Assembly (NCBI GenBank): GCA_964593065.1
Contig: CAZQGO010000007.1
Location: 32,708 to 96,707 of the forward strand
Direction: 5' to 3'
Length of the DNA stretch: 64,000 nucleotides
Source: an uncultured bacterium
Lineage (GTDB): Bacteria; Oederibacteriota; JAAXVQ01
In this document: in pieces, positions 59,076 through 64,000 of the stretch
Position numbering within the stretch: the first letter of the stretch is position 1
Layout of the letters: every line of letters begins with the position of its first letter
Made by a program: the position numbers and the translations under genes
Notes under the pieces: generated by a model
What the model saw: only the letters and a program-made list of their open reading frames with translations
What the model was told of the DNA's origin: nothing
Database searches by the model: none

Positions 59076-59639
59076 TTGCTCTGAATTTTTCCAGCATTGG
59101 CGGCATTCGCCGTCCGCCTCCTGCAGGGAGAGCAGTTTTTCCACCAACAGTCCCACGGGGTTGCTGTAGGTGGCGAGATAATGGGCATAATGCGTGTGCA
59201 GGCATTTGATGGAGTTCAAGTCGGCGACTCCGCCGATCCCCAGCCGTGACATCTCCTCGGACAGGAGCCGCCGCGTCTGGCGCAGGTGCAGGCGGTCCGT
59301 CCGCTCCAGCAAGGCATTGCGGACATAGATGTATTCCAGGTGCGCATCCCGCAAATTTTGGCTCAACTCGCCGTCCTCGCGGACCTGCGTTTGAATGCGC
59401 CGGATGTACCCCTGGTCTTCTATGCGGCCGATCCGGCTGACCATGACCGGGCAAGTCAACCAAAAAACCGTGGGAAAAAACTCCGCGTCGGTCTCCGTCT
59501 GGGGCAGAGGCCGGTTGACGATGACCTGGGGGCAATGCCGCGGACACCGCCGGGCGATGCCGCACACATTCCGGGGTTGACGCTGAATCTGTTTGGCGAT
59601 GATGTCCTGGTCGGTCGCGTTCATTTTCTCCCAGCGCAT
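59058..59639 (-). CDS. DUF501-like protein
   Basis: CGIARRCPRHCPQ...FPTVFWLTCP motif. The ORF 3' end overlaps the tRNA-Leu 5' end by ~18 nt, so the true stop may be misplaced. Confidence 0.45.
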   Translation of the reverse strand: MRWEKMNATDQDIIAKQIQRQPRNVCGIARRCPRHCPQVIVNRPLPQTETDAEFFPTVFWLTCPVMVSRIGRIEDQGYIRRIQTQVREDGELSQNLRDAHLEYIYVRNALLERTDRLHLRQTRRLLSEEMSRLGIGGVADLNSIKCLHTHYAHYLATYSNPVGLLVEKLLSLQEADGECRQCWKNSEQAGVAE

Positions 59640-59656
59640 GTCCCGGCCTCCAGACG

Positions 59657-60109
59657 TCAGGTCCGTGCGCGGCCGCCGCGTTTGTTTTCCAGGTTTCGCC
59701 TGAGCTCGGCCTGCCGCTCTTCGGAGGTGCGCATGAATCTCTGCAACTTGTCTTCAAAGTTCTGCGGCGGGGTTTTCCGCGGGAGACCCGAGAAGAAGCG
59801 GCGGGACGGCAGCGGCAAGCCGCTTCCTCTTTCACCCGCCGCGGGTTTCAACGACACCGGGCCGGAAAGTTTGACGCTTCCGGCCTGCTTGAATGAAAAC
59901 TCCGTCTGGGCTTTCCGGTTTGGCGCCAGCGGTTTGACCAGAATCCGGTCCCCCGCGGAGAGATCGTCCGCGACATCCCGCACAAACGCCCGCGCGATCT
60001 CGGAAACATGGACAAAACCCGGGCTTCCATCCTGAAGTCGAACGACGGCGCCGTATCTCGTTACGCGGATGACCTCGGCTTCCAAAAAGTCGTTCTCTTT
60101 GACTTCCAT
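59657..60109 (-). CDS. S1 RNA-binding domain protein (YabR-like)
   Basis: MEVKENDFLEAEVIRVTRYGAVVRLQDGSPGFVHVSEIA S1 fold; basic C-terminal tail. Confidence 0.7.
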   Translation of the reverse strand: MEVKENDFLEAEVIRVTRYGAVVRLQDGSPGFVHVSEIARAFVRDVADDLSAGDRILVKPLAPNRKAQTEFSFKQAGSVKLSGPVSLKPAAGERGSGLPLPSRRFFSGLPRKTPPQNFEDKLQRFMRTSEERQAELRRNLENKRGGRART

Positions 60110-60191
60110 GGCCGGCCGTTCTATCCTCCCCGGAAAGGGCGAGTTCCGAAGCGCGCGGCGGCGTTCCGGCACGGGCGGCTGTGACCGGGCT

Positions 60192-60581
60192 CTAGCGTTC
60201 GCGCGGGCTGGCCTCCGACGGGGGAACGAAGCGATAGAGAATTTCCCCGGGATACACCAGGCCCAGCTCCTCCCGCGCAATCGGCTCCACTGCCTGCGGG
60301 TTGGCTTGCAAATCTTTGATCTGCCGGGACAATTTCAGGTTCCCGGCCTTGATTTTTTCCAGAGAAATCTGCAGGTGTTGTTGCTCCCGCTGGAGGGATA
60401 TCAACTTGAAGAGGCTTTTCTCGCCGGCAAACAGGATCAGGAGGAGGAGGGTGACGCTCAGCAGGCCGGCCAGGATCTTCCAGCCCCGACCGGTTCCCGG
60501 CAAGCGCCATGCACGGGCATGCAGTTTTCTCGGGAAAAAGGCCCCTGTCGGCACATGACCCTCGCAAAGTAAAAAAACCAC
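60192..60581 (-). CDS. Septum formation initiator family protein (FtsB/DivIC-like)
   Basis: TM helix, coiled coil, C-terminal IAREELGLVYPGEILY. Start codon uncertain. DivIC-YabR order is conserved as in Firmicutes. Confidence 0.6.
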   Translation of the reverse strand: MVFLLCEGHVPTGAFFPRKLHARAWRLPGTGRGWKILAGLLSVTLLLLILFAGEKSLFKLISLQREQQHLQISLEKIKAGNLKLSRQIKDLQANPQAVEPIAREELGLVYPGEILYRFVPPSEASPRER

Positions 60582-60638
60582 TTCCGTCCCCGGGAGGCCG
60601 AAAGTGGCTGCTCACCGGCCGGCGACCGGGACGCACGC

Positions 60639-60998
60639 CTAGGCGAGCTCGCGCTCCAGTTTGGGGATGGCTTTTTTCACCTCGAGGCGGCCCCGCCCGA
60701 GGTTGCCATCCAATTCCAGGGCCATGGTGATGAAATATTCGGCACCGACGATCATCATGATCATCATGGCCTTTTCGGTCGAGATCATGATCTCCGAGGT
60801 TTTTCCCAGCCCGAAGTTTTCCGAGGCTTTTTTCGCGTTCTTGATAATGGTGGCATATTCAGCGCCGACGGCGCTGATGTCGAAGGTTCCCTTGGTCGAA
60901 ACCTGGTCAATCACGATTCCATCCGTGCCTACCAGCCCCGCCCCAATTGCGCCGTCTACGTTCCCTACGATCTCGTTGAGAATCGATTTGAAATCCAT
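60639..60998 (-). CDS. Roadblock/LC7 (MglB-like) domain protein
   Basis: 119 aa with the alpha-beta-beta-alpha-beta-beta Roadblock pattern (ILNEIVGNVDGAIGAGLVGTDGIVI). Confidence 0.75.
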   Translation of the reverse strand: MDFKSILNEIVGNVDGAIGAGLVGTDGIVIDQVSTKGTFDISAVGAEYATIIKNAKKASENFGLGKTSEIMISTEKAMMIMMIVGAEYFITMALELDGNLGRGRLEVKKAIPKLERELA

Positions 60999-61031
60999 AT
61001 CCTCACCCGCATGTGGGCGCAGCGAAAATGG

Positions 61032-62273
61032 TTAACGTAAAACTTTATTGACCTCGTTCAGTGCCAGCCGCAATTTCCCGATATTGATGTTTTCATCCGC
61101 CTGGACCAGCAAAATCCGGTTCCCCAGCTTGGTGAAAAAAATCTGGCCCGTCTGGCCGGTAACGAGGATCTGCCGCACTTGCCGGCCGTAATCCATGGCA
61201 CTCACGGCCTTTTCCGTCTTCTGCAGGATGACCGCGGTGGTCTGCGCCATCTCCTGAAGATTTCCCGGCTGCTTGAACGTACTATGCAGCACTTTCCCCT
61301 TTTCGTCAATCAATAAGGAGCCGACGATACCGGGAGTCTGATTCAGCTTTCCCAGGGTGACTTCGATTTCCGGGCCGACCAAGCTCCTGGTCTCCGCCGC
61401 CGGAGGCGCTTTCACCTCGGGCTTGGGTTCTTTGGCCGGCGCGGTCTTTTTTTCCTCCCGTTTTTCTTCCTTCTTTTCCTCTTTCTTCTTTTCCCCTTTT
61501 TCCTCTTCCTTGTTTTTTTCCGGCGCCTTGGGGATGGTATCCTTCATCACGGACAGAATATCATCCGAGGTGATTTTATCGTTGTCCCGGTGGCTGCTGG
61601 AGGCCGTCTCGGCTTTCGCGCGTTCCGGCGTCTTGCGCTCGGTGCTGGCCTGGGCTTTGCGCAGTTCGAGATCTTTCAGCCTCTGCCGCACCACCAAATT
61701 TTCCGGATCCGCCTCCAGAATCAGGCGGTAGATTTTAATGGCATTCTCGATGTCGCCTTGTTTGGTTAAGGCTTCTGCCTGGGATAACTCGTTTTTCGTG
61801 TCCGGGACGCCGGCGGGGCGCGTTTGTCCCGTTTTCTTCGCCTGTTCCAGCGCCTGTTGCAGCATCTGCTGCGCATTGGCGTCGTCGGGATTCAGGCTTA
61901 ATACTTTCTGGTATTCCTCAATGGCGCTGGAATACTTTCCCTGCTTCATATAGATCTGGCCCAGCAGGGAATGGGCCATAATATTATTGGCGTCCGCGGC
62001 CGCAACTTTGCGGAACTCGTTGGCCGCATCTTCATAAAGTTCCTTGTCCATGTACGCCCGACCCAATACGATGCGGGCGCTCATGTAGGACGGATGAACT
62101 TGCAGGCCCTTTAAGCTGGTCTCAATGGCTTCGTCCAGCATGCCGCTTTTTCGGTAGGACTCGGCCAAGGGTACGAATACCAATGATTCCGGATTCTGCG
62201 TTAGTTTTTTTGTATATTCTTCGATTTCAGCGAATCCGGAATCGTCTTTAGCCATTCTTACCTCCGCTGTCAA
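61032..62273 (-). CDS. TPR-repeat protein with a K/E-rich linker and a C-terminal Roadblock/LC7 domain
   Basis: N-terminal TPRs (LGRAYMDKELYEDAANEF..., LLGQIYMKQGKYSSAIEEYQKVL...), EKKKEEKKEEK linker, C-terminal LNQTPGIVGSLLIDEKGKVLHS. GC content lower than surroundings. Confidence 0.7.
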   Translation of the reverse strand: MTAEVRMAKDDSGFAEIEEYTKKLTQNPESLVFVPLAESYRKSGMLDEAIETSLKGLQVHPSYMSARIVLGRAYMDKELYEDAANEFRKVAAADANNIMAHSLLGQIYMKQGKYSSAIEEYQKVLSLNPDDANAQQMLQQALEQAKKTGQTRPAGVPDTKNELSQAEALTKQGDIENAIKIYRLILEADPENLVVRQRLKDLELRKAQASTERKTPERAKAETASSSHRDNDKITSDDILSVMKDTIPKAPEKNKEEEKGEKKKEEKKEEKREEKKTAPAKEPKPEVKAPPAAETRSLVGPEIEVTLGKLNQTPGIVGSLLIDEKGKVLHSTFKQPGNLQEMAQTTAVILQKTEKAVSAMDYGRQVRQILVTGQTGQIFFTKLGNRILLVQADENINIGKLRLALNEVNKVLR

Positions 62274-63364
62274 ACCGGTCTGACAACGGTTAACAGCACC
62301 TGGCGTACGGAAAAAGGCGTTAAATTATTAGTTATCCTAGCATGCCCGATTTGGGGTGTCAATACAAAATTCAAGCTGCCTGCGCGAGATTTTTTGTCAA
62401 CTTTCATGAGATTTTCCAGCTTGGAAACGGATTCCCCCTTGCCGCACGTGGGCAACCCGGCCGCGGCGAAAATGGACTCCTGCCGGGCTACGGTCTTGGC
62501 CCCACAGAGGCCGATTTGATGCGCAAGACGGGCCGCGGCGATCATCCCGATGGCAATGGCTTCGCCGTGGAGATAGACGCGATAATGATGATACGCTTCC
62601 AGGGCATGGCCGATGGTATGGCCGTAATTCAGCAGAGCACGCCGACCCTTTTCCTTTTCATCCCGGGACACGATTTCCGCCTTGATCGCGCACGTCCGGC
62701 TGATTGCCAGGGTGAGCTCGCGGGACTTCCGGGCTTGGAGTTCAGGAAGTTTCCGCTCCAGAAAGGCGAAAAAATTCCGGTCCGCGATAATGGCGGATTT
62801 GATTACCTCGGCCAAGCCGGCGCGGAATTGCCGGGCGGGCAGGGTGCGCAGAACCCGCGGGTCGCTGACCACCAGGCGGGGCTGATAAAAGGCGCCGATC
62901 ATGTTTTTGCCCAAGGCGTGATTCACGGCGACTTTCCCGCCCACGGCTGAATCCACCTGAGCCAACAAAGTGGTTGGGACCTGGATCCATTCCACTCCGC
63001 GCAGGTAGGTGGCGGCGATGAAGCCCGCCAAGTCTCCGATCACGCCTCCCCCCAGGGCCACCACGCAGGCCGTGCGGTCAAGCTGGTGACGGAGCATCCG
63101 TCCGGTCAGGCGTTCGACTTCTCCAAGGTTTTTGCTTTTTTCCCCTTCGGGCACGAGAAAGCTGTGCACCCGGAAGCCGGCGGCGGCCAGCGAGGAAGAG
63201 GCCTGTTGTCCGTAAAGTTTCTGGAGACGGGGGTGAGTGATCAGGCAGGCGGTTTTCCCCCGGACGCGATTCCGGGCAAGAATTCCCAGTTGTGACAAAC
63301 TGCCGGACCGGATGATGACGGGATAACCACGTCGGTCAGGCAAACGCACCCAAACGGTAGGCAT
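62270..63364 (-). CDS. aroB: 3-dehydroquinate synthase
   Basis: GGGVIGDLAGF...DSAVGGKVAVN...HALE motifs. Confidence 0.85.
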   Translation of the reverse strand: MPTVWVRLPDRRGYPVIIRSGSLSQLGILARNRVRGKTACLITHPRLQKLYGQQASSSLAAAGFRVHSFLVPEGEKSKNLGEVERLTGRMLRHQLDRTACVVALGGGVIGDLAGFIAATYLRGVEWIQVPTTLLAQVDSAVGGKVAVNHALGKNMIGAFYQPRLVVSDPRVLRTLPARQFRAGLAEVIKSAIIADRNFFAFLERKLPELQARKSRELTLAISRTCAIKAEIVSRDEKEKGRRALLNYGHTIGHALEAYHHYRVYLHGEAIAIGMIAAARLAHQIGLCGAKTVARQESIFAAAGLPTCGKGESVSKLENLMKVDKKSRAGSLNFVLTPQIGHARITNNLTPFSVRQVLLTVVRPV

Positions 63365-63548
63365 AGCGGCTCCCGGAAAAATGGTTCCGCGCTGGCAAGG
63401 ACCTGCGTGAGTCCCAGTGAAAATGGCTTGCGAACTATAGCAAAAAAGCGCCTTGGCGTCAAGTGAGCCCTTGACAATTGCTTCGGCCCAAGGGTATCAT
63501 CGGCACTACTTTGTTTGTCCAGTCCCGTGAAGGAGATTGACTCCGCAG

Positions 63549-64000
63549 ATGCGCTCCCCCTGGTGTCTGATTGGCGCGGCAGGCCTGCTGCTCAGCTTGT
63601 CCCACTTGTGCACGGCCGCGGATCCCAAAGTCGAGGCCCTGGGCAGGACCGCGCTGGTTTTGGAGGAAGAGACCACGGTCCTGTCTTTGTTCAACCTCGG
63701 CAATCCCGCCGGTGCCGCCTTCCTGGACCAGACACGACGCGTGGACCTGGCGGCGTCCTTGAATTGGCGGTTGCGCCAAGCGGACTTCCTCACGCTGCCC
63801 GGGGACGCCCTGACCATCGTGGATCCTCTGGGAAATACGCTCCACCCGCTCACCTTATACAGCCGGAAATCCGGGACATTGTCGTCCAGCCTGGACGATT
63901 GGGGACGTACGGGGTACGGCGGGCTCCTCTGGAGCCTTGCGGACCACTGGATGATCCAAGTTTTGCCCCAAGGCTCCGGGTTCAACCTGGATTCCTCTGA
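63549..64000 (+). CDS. Partial ORF for a secreted hypothetical protein (signal peptide MRSPWCLIGAAGLLLSLSHLCTAA); continues beyond the window
   Basis: Manual translation gives an open frame with no stop to the window end. Not in the ORF track, which lists a different frame. Preceded by an intergenic gap after aroB. Confidence 0.4.
   Translation, partial: MRSPWCLIGAAGLLLSLSHLCTAADPKVEALGRTALVLEEETTVLSLFNLGNPAGAAFLDQTRRVDLAASLNWRLRQADFLTLPGDALTIVDPLGNTLHPLTLYSRKSGTLSSSLDDWGRTGYGGLLWSLADHWMIQVLPQGSGFNLDSS

Noticed and set aside
63515-64000. Track ORF 63515..64000 (+), and minus ORFs 63459..63845 and 63506..63985
   Set aside because: R/G/P-rich, with no signal peptide or domains. The alternative plus frame from ATG 63549 gives a clean signal peptide followed by an ordinary-composition mature region, and is preferred.
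1-64000. CRISPR arrays, integrases/transposases, toxin-antitoxin or known defence-system genes
   Set aside because: Scanned for short interspaced direct repeats and for recombinase, nuclease and toxin motifs in all sizeable ORFs. None found. The only repeat is the 184-bp tandem at the tRNA-Met locus.

Overview
High-GC (~65%) bacterial chromosomal segment, almost entirely coded on the minus strand; only a TPR lipoprotein, a TPR-PBP fusion and a partial 3' ORF are on plus. It looks like a core housekeeping region, not a mobile island. Main blocks in coordinate order: (1) a partial spermidine-synthase-like gene and a fused homocysteine S-methyltransferase/MTHFR; (2) a tRNA-Met(CAU) locus with an exact 184-bp tandem duplication that copies the tRNA 3' end plus its terminator, and a further orphan tRNA-like 3' fragment; (3) a regulatory cluster: methyltransferase, PilZ, CheY-like receiver, sigma-28 (FliA-like), sigma-54 activator with a candidate -24/-12 promoter, FlgM-like anti-sigma, REC-HK hybrid kinase; (4) TPR lipoprotein and an unusual TPR-PBP transpeptidase on plus; (5) ThpR, DUF1844, CinA, SPFH/NfeD pair, metallophosphoesterase, LarA-like, TerC, two tandem CPBP intramembrane proteases; (6) a complete pyrimidine operon pyrR-pyrB-pyrC-pyrK-pyrD-[PAP2 + polysaccharide deacetylase]-pyrF-pyrE with leader promoter and attenuator-like terminator; (7) an 18-aa lysine-rich micro-ORF with its own SD and terminator, and a cyclophilin; (8) a TCA cluster (aconitase-family, class I fumarase alpha/beta, Mdh, Icd, and an HMGL-like condensing enzyme that may be Re-citrate synthase); (9) a full Bat/aerotolerance-type operon (MoxR, DUF58, TM protein, BatA, fused BatB/C, BatD, BatE-like), two tandem NlpC/P60 lipoproteins, TrkAH, an SNF transporter, a Cys-rich micro-protein plus YjbQ, a MlaFED-like transporter, NUDIX, tRNA-fMet and tRNA-Leu(UAA), DUF501, an S1 protein, FtsB-like, a Roadblock/LC7 pair (one fused to TPR), AroB, and a partial secreted ORF. 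No CRISPR array, integrase, transposase or obvious defence system was found. The most unusual items are the tRNA 3'-end duplications, the TPR-PBP architecture, the lysine-rich micro-ORF, the Roadblock pair with no GTPase, and the cell-envelope genes embedded in the pyr operon. Several long plus-strand ORFs in the track are antisense shadows of minus-strand genes in GC-rich DNA and were rejected.
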